From Octopus sinensis (taxonomy: Eukaryota), in the NCBI RefSeq assembly GCF_006345805.1, contig NC_043009.1, forward strand, positions 34,596,001 through 34,660,000: 64,000 nt of DNA, written 5' to 3'. The translations under genes were made by a program, and so were the position numbers. The notes beneath the pieces are model-generated. The model saw nothing but the letters and a program-made list of their open reading frames with translations, was not told the DNA's origin and searched no databases. This document shows, piece by piece, positions 42,251-57,136 of this stretch; positions within the stretch are counted from its first letter, which is position 1; each line of letters begins with the position of its first letter.

Positions 42251-42657
42251 GGTTCCAGTATATTCACGCACAGAGATGTTCAGATCACGAATTATTCCAG
42301 TATTCCAAATATTTTGCACAGTAACTGTTTGAAAACAATATTCCATTGGAAGAAGTGGAGATCATCCACCTCGTACTGTGTGGATGTAAAGCATTTTCGG
42401 GAGACTGTTACAGCTCTTACTACTACTACTTCTACTGCTGCTTCGTCTACTACTACTACAACTACTACTACTATACTACTACTACTACTACTACCACTTC
42501 TGCTACTACGGCTGATGCCGGTTGTAGCCGTGTTGTGGTATTGGTAGTAGCGCTGTCATTGCCTCGACTGCTGTTGCCTGTTCCTGTTGCGAATTGCTAC
42601 TACTGCGGATCGGAGCTTGTCGTACACATCATTCTGCTGCTGCTACTATTGCAATTA

Positions 42658-42688
<31 letters not shown>

Positions 42689-42890
42689 TGTTGCTATAAT
42701 TGGTGTTGCTGTTACTGCTGCTGCGATATTATGTCACATTCAAAAAGTTTCGCCGAAAATCTCAGACGTTGCTGAACCAACCAGATGAGTTTTTCGGAAA
42801 GTTATCAGTAATTAAAATACAGACACACACACACTCACACACAGACTTCTACAAACACACACACACACACGCGCGCACACACACGCACAA

Positions 42891-42921
<31 letters not shown>

Positions 42922-42955
42922 AACACACACTCACACACAGACTTCTACAAACACA

Positions 42956-43067
<112 letters not shown>

Positions 43068-43752
43068 CACATACACACACACGTACACACACAAGCACAC
43101 ACACATACACATACATACACACACACATACAACTAAAAGAGGACACAAACGCACTACTCCAGTATATATAAACATACACAAACACATTTAAACTATCTTT
43201 AGAAACAAATATACATTTACATAAGAATATTTGCCGTATACCGAAAGAAAGCAAATCTTTATATACATATATAAATCGTTTGTATGTGCGTTTGTGTGTA
43301 TACATACATATATATATATACGTGTGTGTGTGTGTGTTTGTGAATGTGAGTGTGTGTATGTGAGTATGTATGGCTATATATGATAGATCGATAGACATGT
43401 TTGTATATACAAGGCAGAACTACGGCATCTAGCAACTCATTTCTCGAATGCAGATGTGATAATATGTAAACATAGATATCTCTTATATATTTATGTGTAT
43501 TTCATATGTTTTACATCTTAATATAGGCAAACACTTATCTCACGCAAGATAACTCTCTCTCGCGCGCACACATACATATATATTCACACATAGAAACACA
43601 CACACACACACACACACACATATATCCTGCACTGAAGCTCTTCCCTTGGTGAGAGCACGGCCTGAATTCTGTTTAGGAAGAAAACTTAAAACCCGAAGAA
43701 ACAAACACACGCAAATACACCCCGTGCGCGCACACACACACACGCACACACA

Positions 43753-43783
<31 letters not shown>

Positions 43784-44373
43784 CAGACTGACACACGCAC
43801 ATGCACACAGATAAACAGATAACATACAATATGTATTTACACACACATATGGCATACCGGAGAACAGTTATTGCAAGCACCCTCGCCTCAACCGGTACAT
43901 TTACTCCATAGCCACTGCCATCACTGCATAGCAGCTGCTCCAACGCCAACACCCTATCACAATCACTGACAACAACAGCACTAACAACAACATTAACAGC
44001 AGCAGCAGCAGCAGCAACCACCACAACAGCACTAATACAACATCTCCATCTTCATCACCATCACTGCTACTGCTATTGTCAACACTACCTCACCTACACC
44101 ACCGTCATTTCATCTCATTTCATCTCATTTCATCTATTATTCCATCGTCCCCCACCAGATGAAAACAACTTTAAAGTAACAGGAATAACAACGTATTAAC
44201 AATTTATATTTTCCTAACACACGCACACATAAACACATACATACGTACATACATAATACATACATACAGACACAAACATACATACACAAACATATACACC
44301 CTCTTAGTATATACTTTAAATAAACTGTGGATGTTTTGAAAACTAAAACAAAAAAAAAAAAAAGAAGAGGAAA

Positions 44374-44561
44374 ATGAAAGGTGAAAGAGAGAAGAAAGAA
44401 AGACTGGATTTCCGAAAACATGGATTAACGTTTAAATTCACCATTGTTTGGGCTGTGTTGGTCTGGTTACCGTTGGTGGCCCGGAGCGCAAGAATCACCG
44501 CTAACTCCACTCGAACACACAACGACAGCTCCGCGTTAAAAACGAAACGCAGTGTCTCCAA
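44374..44561 (+). CDS. Candidate first coding exon of a secreted or membrane precursor (weak)
   Basis: ATG 44374; hydrophobic FTIVWAVLVWLPLVA; N-glycosylation sequons NST and NDS; dibasic KTKR|SVS; consensus donor AA|GTAAGT at 44561/44562; locally CpG-rich. No homology recognised. Confidence 0.3.
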
Positions 44562-45114
44562 GTAAGTTGAGATTTTGGTATTTGGCATTTAATTTTGCAA
44601 TTTGCATGTGTGTATGTACGCATGTATATATCTTTTGAGATTATACATACATATAAAGAGATATTAAAGTTAGATAAGGCCGCTTTATGGGATTACCATA
44701 GGTTTCACGCCCATAAAGGGCTTGACATTATGGTGTATCATCAGATTCCAAGAATATATATGCGCATGTGTATAACAAATTACACCATGTGTTATTGTTT
44801 ATTACCCAAGTCAATCCTGATCTCAATGCAGAAACAAAGCTGTTCCCGTATGACCAATGTGTCTTTTTCCAGGTATTGCGTATCATGGACTTCAATATCT
44901 TAGGGTGTTATTTGGCTGCTATTTTCAGCGGGTAGAGGAGCCACACGAAGTCTCCTTCTCTATTACCCTGTGTTTATGTGTCTGCGTGTGGTTACATGCT
45001 TTGCAGCGACAATGTGAATGCTTGTGAGAAGGTGGCTTTGTGCAACTGTTTTTCTAAAGCGTACGAGTAAGATTATATATATATGGCTGCGTATGCGCAT
45101 TTGTGTGCATATGT

Positions 45115-45410
45115 ATCTAAGTGGCCTAGTGGTTAGGGCATCGGCTCCCGATCGTGAGCTCGTGAGTTCGATTTCCAGAGGCGCGTTGTGTCCTGGAGGA
45201 AGACACTTTATGTCACGTTGCTCCAGTCCACTCATGTAATTCAGAGGGCCAGCCTTGTCACATTTTGCGTCAAGCTAAATCTGCCTGAGAATTACGTTAA
45301 AAGTACGCGTGTCTGTGTAGTACTCAGCCACTTGCACATTAATTTTCGTGAGCAGGCCGTTTCGTTGATTGGATCAACTGGAACCCTCATCATCGTAACC
45401 GACGGAGTGC
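45115..45410 (+). mobile_element. SINE family C
   Basis: TGGCCTAGTGGTTAGGGCATCGG...GTGAGTTCGATTTCC tRNA-like head. Confidence 0.75.
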
Positions 45411-46329
45411 TGCTTTAGTTTAGTAGTAGTATCCAAGCAGTTTTTGGATGTGTATATTAGTAAAAAAGGCTTGTGTGTGTGTGTGCGCGCGTGTGTGTTA
45501 TTGTTGTTCTTTAGTCTGATCCAGATTATCCCGAATCAAGTCTTGTGATCAATGACCAAAGAAATTACAGCCTGATCCTCCTGTCTTTTTTCTACGGGCA
45601 CAGAACTCAAAAGCACATGTTCTTTTCTAAGACGTTGTGAAGATTTGCTTATAATTTCTAGATGCTCGAGCGACAACACAGGCTCACTTTGGAGGCTTCA
45701 GTGCGTGTGTATGAGAGAATATGATTATTTTTGGATGTACGTGTGTTTGTGCGTGTGTCCAGTGTAACATTAGCATCTGGTTATTAGGGTTTTACTGGGG
45801 CACATTGCTCTGGCAAGCATACTGAACAGAAATCTGCTCTGAGAATTATTGTCGACCACCAGTCTCAGAAACAGCGATAAAGGTTATGGTTACTGACCTC
45901 CTGTCTCACCCAAGGAAAAATAAAATGCGTATCTGACAGTATGTAGGCGTGTGTGTGTTAATGTTTGTGTTTCAGTGTAAATTTCGTGTATGTGCATTTG
46001 TTGCCGACTTCCGCACAATCTTGTATCTCTCTCCCTCTCTCTTTTGCCCCTCCCTCCCTCTCTTTATATATCTGTATATGTGTATGTGTTTGTATGTGCG
46101 TCTGTGTGTGTGTGTGTGTGTAAAAAGCTAATGCATGCATGTAAGTGTCACTAGATCAATACTTATTCGACAAAGATCACTGTAAGATAACACACTGAGA
46201 AAATAGTTTTCGAGTCAGGATGATGACTAAAATCCTTCAGTTCGATGCCCCCATTTTGGCCATGATCCAGTCATTGAAATAAGTAAAAGAATAAAAGTAA
46301 ATGTAATTTTCGTTTACTATTGTTTACAA

Positions 46330-46512
46330 TAGGCGCAGGAGTGGCTGTGTGGTAAGTAGCTTGCTTACCAACCACATGGTTCCGAGTTCAGTCCCACTGT
46401 GTGGCACCATGGGCAAGTGTCTTCTACTATAGCCTCGGACCGACCAAAGCCCTGTGAGTGGATTTGGTAGACGGAAACTGAAAGAAGCCCGTTGTCTATA
46501 TATATATGTATA

Positions 46513-46569
<57 letters not shown>

Positions 46570-46795
46570 ATGTATATGTTTGTGTGTCTGTTTGTCCACC
46601 CCCCCCAACATCGCTTGATAACCGGTGCTCGTGTATTTACGTCCCCGTCACTTAGCGGTTCGGCAAGAGAGACCGATAGAATAAGTACTAGGCTTACAAA
46701 GATTATTCTTTGTCCTGGGGTCGATTTGCTCGACTAAAGGCGGTGCTCCAGCATGGCCGCAGTCAAATGACTGAAACAAGTAAAAGAGTAAAGAG
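46330..46795 (+). mobile_element. SINE family B, full length
   Basis: Homologous to 15133-15595 from head to tail. Confidence 0.9.
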
Positions 46796-47038
46796 TATTG
46801 TTTGTTTCTTCCGGAACCGAAAACTAAGCCAACATGATGAAAGTCTGGTGTCCGTGTGTAGGGCAGATGAGATTCTGGAATGTAGATGCTCTTAATGTAG
46901 TAATATAAAAGAAATGAAATATATATATAGAATAAGTACGAAGCTAACAAAAAATAGAAACTGAGCTCGATTTGTTTGATTAAATCTTTTACGGCGGCGA
47001 CCAGTATGGCCACAGTCCAAAGATTGAAACAAGTAAAC

Positions 47039-47112
<74 letters not shown>

Positions 47113-47359
47113 ATCTATCTATCTGTATGTCTGTATGCCTGTCTCTCTGTCTGTCTGTCTGTCTATATGATAGGTAAGGTAAGAAGTTTGCTTCCCCAAA
47201 ACATGGTTCCCGGTTCCGTCCCACTGCTGGCTCGACGGAAACGGTTGACAGAAATTGAAAAGAAACCCGTCGTTCATATACATCTGAGACAGATTTATAT
47301 TTATATTAAAAAAAGCAGATATATAATAACAGATAATAACTTTATTTATCAAAAAATGC

Positions 47360-48475
47360 TATGATGATAAAAATGAACTTTTCTATAATGTTATTCAATA
47401 AAACCACCTTCAGCTTCAACAACTGCTTCAAAATGAGATCTAAATCATCTACATGTTCGAATCAAGTGTTCCTGGCTCATTTTGGACATTACTCTGACTA
47501 TGGCAGCTTTCAAAGAATATTTGGTGTTATGGGCGTGTTCATTGACTCTCTCTCTCTCAACAACGCTCCACATGTAATAGAATGAGACCTGGGGAATTAG
47601 GAGGCCAAATGTTAGGGGTTATGTGATCATGAAAATTTTCAGCCACCCATTCCTGTGTTACTAGAACCGTGCATGATAGTGCAGAGTCTTACTGAAACAC
47701 ATATGGCCTTCCAATGCATACACAGTCTATCCAGGGCTTAACAATTATTTCCAGTACCTCAATGTAGGCGGCAAAGGTCTAAGGTCTTGTGGAAAGAAGT
47801 AAGGAGGCATCACATATCCTTCATTGCTGACAATCCCTTAAACCATGACAATCGCAGGAAATTTTGTATGCATAACATTTGGAACTTCAGAAGGGTCTGC
47901 ACATAACCAGCTATCATTTCTGTTAACTTTTTGATCTTGACAGAAGTTTTTTGAGAAAAACCAAATCAGATATTCTGCTGGATTTTTCAGTTTTTTTAAA
48001 GTCTTTTAGAGCTGATGTAGTGATTTTCTTTTACTTTTTCTGACAAAGTGACCTTTCTTCATCACAGAAGACTTATATCTGATGTCGTCATGGACAAGAT
48101 TGTTTTTCAATTTATCTCATGAACTTTCTGGGATTGTAATCAATTGTATGTTGAACTTGATGGATAAATTCAGGTGTTCTGGTGATTTCAGAGCATTTAG
48201 AATGCGTTTTATGCTTTGATACTGGTGATACTTTATCTCTAGCTCTTTACGAACTTTGTAAACGAAAGATCTGGCAACTTTTAAAAATCGAAATATTTCT
48301 AAATCGCTCTGCGCAGCCTTTATAACCACAATAACAGCATGCCTCTTCATTTCATTTCTTGAGTAAGCTAAGGGTCTGCCATTATTATTTTCTGAAACAA
48401 AGATTATATAGAGTTGGCAAAAAATGCAGAATGATCCCAAAATGGTATGTCCTCAAATACCTTACGCACCCTGTA
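47360..48475 (-). mobile_element. Tc1/mariner-superfamily transposon, probably maT (DD37D)-like, degenerate
   Basis: TA|CAGGGTGCGTAAGG terminus at 48475-48460; MKRHAVIV...LKVARSFVYKVRKEL; KPWI...RPYVFQ*DSA; NFHDHITPNIWPPNSP; C-terminal RFRSHFEAVVEAEGGFIE*. Confidence 0.85.
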
Positions 48476-48476
48476 T

Positions 48477-48528
<52 letters not shown>

Positions 48529-48779
48529 TATATACATACATATATATACATACACACACACATACAATATATAAGGATAAGGGAAATTATAGAAGGAACA
48601 CATCCAGGTAATCAATACAAATTCCAAAGCATAATTTAAAACACAATGAAATAAATAAACATATAGATTTATAAATCCGTGAACAAAATTACACGTAAAA
48701 GTTATATGTGAGAACTATGCGTCATGGGTTCAGGTACCGAATGGCGGAGTGACAAATAAAGAGGCAAAAATTCGAGATA

Positions 48780-50416
48780 AGGCTTCAAAAATTTTCCCAG
48801 CATATTAGCATTAAATAATTTCAGAATTAGATACGATTCCCTAATACACAATTTACACCTGCCTGATCCATTTCCAAATGGGGAAGCGCTGGCAATTATG
48901 ATCTATGATAGTTCATACATTAAATTTCTATCTCTAAGGTTATTCACAAAGGACGCTAGTGGTGGATGTCTTGCATTTAGGGTTTGTGAAACAATTCATG
49001 TGGGCTCTATATCTCCTATTGAAGTCGGTTGTGCTCCTAATATATACCTGCTGGCCATTAGATACGGAAACTACGCATTTACAGACAACGTTGTAGCGGC
49101 GACATGAGCCTGCAAGTGGGCAGGAGCCAGGGACCTTACAATTACATAGTTTATTGGATGTTACGCTTGTCAGGGTCTTCTTATTTTTATTCTTATTCTT
49201 ATCCGTATGATTATTATTGCTATTATTCATAATGATGCTCTTATTTTTGAGATCACTAATAATAATTAGACTTAGGTTGGGTAGATGATGTCAAAATTAT
49301 ATTTTTACTGTTGTTATTATCCTTAGTCATACACTTAATTCTGTTTCCATCCAATCTTATACACAAGGTATTGTTATTAGCTAGAGTATTATGTTTATCA
49401 ATAACATATTTAATTTTTCTCCTATTTATTAAGGCTATTATGGCTCCGAAATTCGATATTACAAAATATGAAAATTTTACAGAAGATTTATTGCATATGG
49501 TATAATATTTATAGTGTTTAGGGAAATTTGATTGCAGAATTTTAAAGAAAAGTTTAGGTAAATATCTAACCCTGAGTGAGAAAGGAGGGGCGAACCACAC
49601 AACCTCACGTATTCTAGGTTTAGAATTACTGGATATATTAGGGTTTTCAGGAGTAGACGGTTTATAGTTATATTTATTACAATTATTATAATGTTTATGG
49701 TTTCTTGAGCTAAACCCTTTAAATTGCAGTTCATTACTACTAAGTATATTTAATGGGCCTAATTTCCCCAAATCTACAGAATTATTAGAAGTGGTATTCG
49801 CCATCTCCATTTTTAAATTTGTATTTGATATATAATAAATGCTTCAATCAAATCCGCTTAATTTCAGGGCGTTGTTATGAAACGGTGCCTGTTGTTTAAA
49901 GATATCTTCGTTAGCTGATAAGTTAATTATAACAACCAAAATTGGGTCAGGTCTAAATTGACGAACCTATAACAATGGGCTCGTCGGAATCAGCACAAAT
50001 CACTGATTTAGTGGGTCTGTATCTCCTTGATAAGATAAAAAGTAGCTTCCCTTGTCTTTCTGGTGGTATCTATAGGGATGATGCACTATTTATCGCATGC
50101 AATCTATCCAATCCCACCATAGTAAGATTAAAAAGGGATTTAAAGAAATTTATAAAATTTTTTATAACCTTGATATCATTTTTGATACCACCCTAATGTA
50201 GCTAATTTTCTTGACGTTACATTAGACTTAAATACTGGGCTCTGTTATCCATAGAGGAAACCGAGGCAAACCCTTCAATATATCAATATATCGATGTATC
50301 CTCAATATATCAATGTATGCTCAATTGATCCCTATTCAACTATTAATAGCATCGTGGTAGCTATTTCTATTAGGTTGTCAAACTTATGAAGCTAACGAAG
50401 ATATCTTTAAACAACA
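48780..50416. mobile_element. Neptune-type Penelope-like element with 5' inversion (RT on +, linker and GIY-YIG on -)
   Basis: Plus strand 49930-50416: MGSSESAQITDLVGL...IYRDD, NFLDVTLDL. Minus strand 49924-48780: VVWFAPPFS, VKFSY, CNCKVPGSCPLAGSC, YIRSTTDFNRRYRAH. Confidence 0.88.
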
Positions 50417-50619
50417 CTTGCCCTAGGTGCCACGCAGTGGGACTGAATCGGAAACCATGTGGTTGATAAGCACACTGCCACTCCTGCACCTATATATATA
50501 TATATATATATATAGAATATGGCATATGTATCATATATATATATTTAGAATTTATATATATATATAAAATATAAATAACGTATATAAATCTTAAAATTTT
50601 TTCAGCTTCAAAGCTGCGG

Positions 50620-53450
50620 TAATGATGGGGAACCATAAATGGTACAAAATGAAAGACCCTCAACAACAGCTACAAGAGTTACAAGGGCAAAAGCAGGAAC
50701 ATTTTCAAATTTTACCTCCAAGGATACTGCAGGCAAGGTGATGATGGTGCACATCGGAAGCTCTGCCTAAACCACATGGACCCAATACAACACTCCCTTC
50801 CCAAGGAGAACAAAAAGAAAGGCACCGATGAAGAAAAGGTGGAGCACTGTCTACTACCGAAAGACGATATGCGGATGTAGTGCGTGGCCCAATAAACGGT
50901 CAGCTTCACCCAGATATAAGAAGGGCGGCAGCTGAACCAAAATCTTTTTTGTGCATGGCACAAAATATTTCCAGCAGCTGACATGGCTTCAAACATAAAC
51001 CTGGAACCATACCCACCACCGCATAAGGCCACAACAGATACAAGATGGTCACCGTCTAACAGCAACACACGTATCACAAAAATATTTCTTTTGAATATAG
51101 GAGGGTAACTGTAAAACAAAATTTTCTGAGAGACCTTGCGACATGCAATCAAGCTTTATGCATGACACTTGTAGAAACGCATCTTAGACCGAATATAGTG
51201 GATGCAGAAATGCACATAAAACAATATGTTGTTATACGCTCAGATAGAAAGGAGAGGCGCCATGGTGGAGCTACTGTGTACATCCGAGAGAACCTCACGC
51301 CCCAGGTCCTGCTGCCATACTCAAATTCGGTGAGTGACACTCAAATTGTACACATAAGACAACTTAATATTGCTATATGTACTACTTATCGCCTATCGGA
51401 CGCTCCGAGTCATTCAGGCAAGTTTGAAGACTGCCTAGCAAAGATTGAAGTTTTCACTAAAGTGGAGCAACACATCAGTGTATTCCTTTTGGGTGACTTT
51501 AACTTCCCCAATGTGGGATAGCCTGGGGGTCAGATGCTCCCAGAGATGACACACCATCAGGAAGCACAGGCGGAGTCCCTGATCCAACTTACGAATGCTT
51601 CTTTCATGGAGCAAATTGTGCTACAATCAACCACGGTAAATGATATACTGAATCTCTGCTTCACAAACAATACGGACGTTATCCATAATGTTAAAATGAC
51701 ACCGATGCTGATCTCTGATCAAAACATAATAGAGCTGTCTATGTATGGACCAAAATCTCCTGCAGACATACAGCCTATGCGAAGCACCCAAAATCTCTCC
51801 AAACTAAATTTTCATGAAGCAAATTGGAAGTTGAGAAAGAAATCCTAAATCGTTCTCCACATCAGACATTGATATGAAACAAACATTTCCTGTCCATAAT
51901 ACAAGCCATATGTAACAAATCTGTCCCATTGTGCAAGGCCAGCATTCACAAAAATAGGATCCCTAGGGAAAGGAGGATTCTTATGAGACGACGGACAAAG
52001 ATTGCAAACCGCCTGAGCAAGCATCCCCAAAATGGTGAGAAGTCTGGCATGGAGAGAGCGCTGTTGGAAATTGGGAAAAGTCTACATCAGTCTAACGAAA
52101 AGGAGAGAACAGATAAAGAAGCTTGGGTTATAGAAAATATCATGTCGAAAGCTTTCTTTAAGTTTGCCAAAGAATCAGCCTCAGTATGCCACAAGATAAG
52201 ACTCCTCTTCCAAAAAGATGGCTTCCTTGCAGGAAACTCCATGAGGGTAAGTGAAATACTGAACGAACCATTCCAAAGTGCGTTCACTACTCCTCTGAGA
52301 CACAGGCAAGTGAACAAACCAACATAATTCTTTGCCACATTACCTGTAATCAAAGAGGCAAAAATGGAATACATAAACATTGAAGAAGATGTAACACTGG
52401 CCATAGATGAGGTTGGCACAAACTCAGCTGCTGGCCCTGATGACTTTCCAGCGGTCCTTCTCAAATCGTGCAAAGAAAAGCCCTTACAAAACCACTTCAG
52501 CTTCTCTTTCAGAGATTCCTTGCAAGTGGTAAGCTCTCAGACAAACTGAAGGAAGGGATAATATACCCTAGTCATAATGGACGAAGCAGAGCAGATGCTA
52601 AAAATTATAGGCATATCTCTCTGATCTCACACCTCAACAAAGTCATGGAACAAATAGTACGCAAGAAACAAAAAGCGCGTTCCTTGAAGACAATGACTTG
52701 CTGACTGACATCCTGCATGGATTTCGACCAACTAGAAACTAACACCGCTCTTGCAACACTACGACTAGATGTTAAAACAGCTGGTAAATGATTCAAGTGT
52801 GGATGTGATATATCTCGGCTAGGCAAAAGCCTTCGACCGTGGTATGATATATTACAAACTGCGTGATCTTGGCATAGGCAGAAAACTTGGAGAGAAGTTG
52901 CATGACTTTCTAAAAGATAGACGTTAGGCAGTGGTGGCCAACGGAGCAACCTCCAAGGAAACACAAATAGCAAGTGGTGTTCCAAAGGGTACTTTCTTAG
53001 GGCCACTGCTATTCATAGTGGCTCTCTTAGATATGCCCTCAGCTGTTCAGATAGTCATCCTCGCTAGCTATGCAGATGACTCAAAAGTCTCTCAGACAAT
53101 ACAAATCCTGGAAATATTGCACATCTGCAACGGGAGTTGGACGCAATATACAGGTAGGTTGAGAAGAACAACATGCAAGTTATTGCAGGACAATTCCACA
53201 CCCTACGCTACCAGCACACGAAGTTAAACGACATGTAGGTAGGATACATTGGCCCGGTAGGAATTGCAATCCTTGAATGAAATTCAGTACGTGACCTGGG
53301 CATTGATATGATGCATCTTTTCAAGTGCATATTACCAATTTGGTAATAAAATGCAGATGGCTAGTTGGATGGATCCTCCGAAAGGAGACATTGATGGTCC
53401 TTTGGAGGACATACGTCCTCAGCCGCTTGGACAACTGCTCCCAACTAGGG
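50620..53450 (+). mobile_element. Degenerate CR1-clade LINE (ORF1 remnant, APE, RT)
   Basis: VETHL, RSDRKERRHGG, LLGDFNFP, SAAGPDDFPAVLLK, NYRHISLISHLNKVME, SGVPKGTFLGPLLF, YADDSKV, VRDLGI. Confidence 0.88.
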
Positions 53451-53935
53451 AGTAAGACATTTTTAAAGGTTTTTTTCCTGGTGTTTGCTATTTCGCAGGT
53501 AGCTTTTGTCTATCAGTTTTCTCATTTTGGGGCTCTGTAAGAGTATTGGTAGGTTTGATTGTATAACGTGGAAAGTATTGGTCATTTCAGGGTTGTGTGT
53601 GTTAATAAATGGAATATTATGTTCCTTGTTTTTGTTTTTTAGAGACCTAAGTTGTGTGATGTCTAATTTCGAGATTCCATTATTTATAAGTTCACAAGGT
53701 AATTTTGTTTTTGTAAGACGTTTTGGAGTTCATCAAGTCTAATTTGGCATATTTGTGAGTCAGTTGCTATAGTGCAGATGCGTCTTGCCATACTGTATGG
53801 GATGTTCTTTTGATGCATAAGGGGTGGAAAGAGTAGACATTTAGATATTGATGTGTGTCTGCTTTTTTGTAAAATATGTCCGTTGTGACAATGGAGTTGT
53901 GTATTTTGGTGTGAATGTCTAGGATTGGTAGTTCA
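53450..53935 (-). mobile_element. Penelope-like element RT domain 7 and thumb remnant
   Basis: Minus translation LPILDIHTKIHNSIVTTDIFYKKADTHQYLNVYSFHP, matching LPFLD...TD..YK.TD..QYL...S.HP. Confidence 0.8.
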
Positions 53936-53958
53936 TTATAGCTGGTTTTTGTTTCTGC

Positions 53959-54120
<162 letters not shown>

Positions 54121-54142
54121 CTCACCTCTTTCTCTCTCTCTC

Positions 54143-54192
<50 letters not shown>

Positions 54193-54963
54193 TATACATA
54201 TATTTTATCAATTCGCTTAGGCGTAGCAATACTAATAATCGGATGTTAGATCTCAGAATACATATGCTTCAGAACAAAGCGTTCTCGACTGACACTTTGT
54301 TCTGAAGCATATTACATAATTTCTAATTTCTTTGCCATTTTAAAATTCTTATTACAGGATTTTAAAATAGCAAAGAAATTAGAAATTATGTAATGGACTT
54401 TATTAAATTTTTCTGCTATAAGATGCAATACCTTGATAAGTTACAAGTATTGGACTTCAAGCTTGAAGCTCCTATGAAACTATAAGGTGATACAAAACCA
54501 TTTATATGTATCTATGTGTGTGTGAGTGTGCATAGGTATATGTATATATATATATACATATATATATATCGGGAAATCTATAGATATGGTACTATCCAAA
54601 TTATTTTTTATAAATGATCGCTATCTATTTTCCTCGCTTACAATCTTGAGTAGTGGAGTAATAATCTAAGTGATTTCTAGACCATTTGGGGTCTATTTAT
54701 AGCAGCCTGGTGTTGTAATCATTCAACACCCTCATTGTAATTTTAATGTAAATGAACCATTATGGCAATTTTGTATGCTGGCTACTGATAAATCATTAAA
54801 TAATGACTTTAACCTAATTACGTATATATATATAATATATATATATATACACATAATTAAGGGATTAGCAAAAAATTGCTTCACCACATACCGAAAATTT
54901 AGAAATAGCAGTCAAAACTACTAATTCTTCTACTACAATATATCTCCACAGACAGTAATACTC

Positions 54964-55062
<99 letters not shown>

Positions 55063-55770
55063 TTACGTGTGTGTGTAATTGTGTGCGTGCGTGCGCGTGT
55101 GTGTATGTATGTATCTATTTATACAGATAATGAATATTTAAAGATTGTATTCCAGTTGGCTCACACGTGCTTCTGATAAAATTGGGGAGTGATCCATTGA
55201 ATAATTTAAATGTAACAGAGAAATGGATCTCTTCAAAACTTTATTGGAAATATGTGAGACAAACTGGAATAAATTCATAGATATCCTTAATCTTTGCACA
55301 TTACTTTGTAACTACAAGACATGAAGCATTGATGTAACCATGATGTTCTGTTGATCTGAAGAGCTAACCTTCTACATATGCATTGATTTATAAACGCACA
55401 ATAGTATTGAGCAATGTGTAACATGGGTATTGGTTAAGACATGTAAAGTAGTTTATTATCCACTGAAAATATCATTACATTATCATTATATGATATAGGC
55501 TACGAAACGGCGTCGTCCTACATATAACAAGTGATTAAATAAATATATTCACCTCTCATATCTCCTGATATTTTATGATCTATACGCATCTCATTAGATA
55601 ATTTCATAGATTGGATCAACTGGATTCCAGCTGCATAGGACTCTACATTATATACCTCCGTATTATTATGCGGTATGGTAGCCGGGTGAACTTGAGGAAC
55701 TTTCTGTGATTGCTACAGGATTCTTTGGATCCATATATTCCACTACAAATATATATATATTATATATATA

Positions 55771-55806
<36 letters not shown>

Positions 55807-56382
55807 TATATATAATATATATATATATTATATATATATATATATACATACACACACACGCACACACACACACACAGAGATATATATGTATATATTATGG
55901 TCCTGACCTGCGCCACGACAACATCGATATTATCGTCTGCCGTAAGGCATTATTTTTCAAATAGGCCAGCTAAGTTGAACTGTCTAAAGTCGAAAGACGC
56001 CTGTTGTTTTTGTCCTGTTATTGTTATTATTATTATTGTTTTTTGTATTTATATTCGTATTACTTTTTGTTTTTTGTATTTATATTCGTGTAACATCGTC
56101 CGTTTTTCTGTCCTTGTTTCGTATACGTTCGATCCTTTTTCCAAGAAATCTAATGCTCGTAGCTTAGTTTTTCCTTGGGGCTGGCCAGATCGGAGCAATC
56201 TCAAGATTAATCAGCCGAAATTGCGAGGACGATCCGGTTCTTGACTGAAGATTAGATGTTTCGAATGACTCGTCCGTTTTTTGTATCGTCTATTTGAATG
56301 CTTTGCGTTCTTGTCCCATTTTGTATTTATATATATATTTTTTATACATATATTGTTGCTGCGTACGTACACCTTGTTCTCT

Positions 56383-56447
<65 letters not shown>

Positions 56448-56532
56448 ATATATATATATATATACGTATATACATACATATGTATACATATATAGTCCAT
56501 ATACATACACACAAATATGTCGCATCATATAT

Positions 56533-56568
<36 letters not shown>

Positions 56569-57105
56569 CATATATATATATATCTTTCATTTATTATTTT
56601 TTCAGTAATTGGACTGTGACCATTCTGGGGCACTGCCTTAAAGAATCTTGTTAGTCGAAAGGGTAGATCCCAAGGATTTTCTTTTTAGGCTTGGTACTTA
56701 TTCTATCGCACACTTTTGCCCAACCACTACATTAAGTGGACATAAACAAACGAACACCGGCTGTGATGTAGTGTTGGGATCAAACACAAAGAGACACGCA
56801 CATGTATAAACCCAAACGACGGGCTTATTTCAGTTTACGTCAACAGTGGAACGAAATCCGGAACCATGTTTAGGGGAACCAACATTTTTACGGTCGGGTG
56901 GATTGTTTTGGTAAGTGAAAAAAGTGTAGCCGTGTCGCTCTGTTTCTACCTGAAACAATGTTAAGCATGCACATCTCTGTGCTCAGCTTCTTTACTCACT
57001 GATTGAGGATAAAGTTGTTCAGTTGATTAACCAACTAAATCTTCATTATCGAACAGTGGATATCCACTTCTGCAACCATAACCATATATGTATGTATGTG
57101 TACGC

Positions 57106-57136
<31 letters not shown>

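Noticed and set aside
43850-44160. HTGEQ and Q/S/H-rich readings suggesting a zinc-finger or low-complexity exon
   Set aside because: All three plus-strand frames contain stops and there is no C2H2 spacing.
44343-44588. Minus-strand reading LALRATNGNQTNTAQTMVNLNVNPCF, faintly cadherin-like
   Set aside because: It lacks the DxNDN and DRE motifs and has no splice acceptor on that strand; likely coincidence.
55490-55525. cGAAAcggcGUC, resembling a hammerhead 3' half
   Set aside because: No recognisable CUGANGA or stem I.
56230-56275. CTGAAGA next to GTTTCG
   Set aside because: The core halves lie on opposite strands, so no consistent hammerhead can be built.
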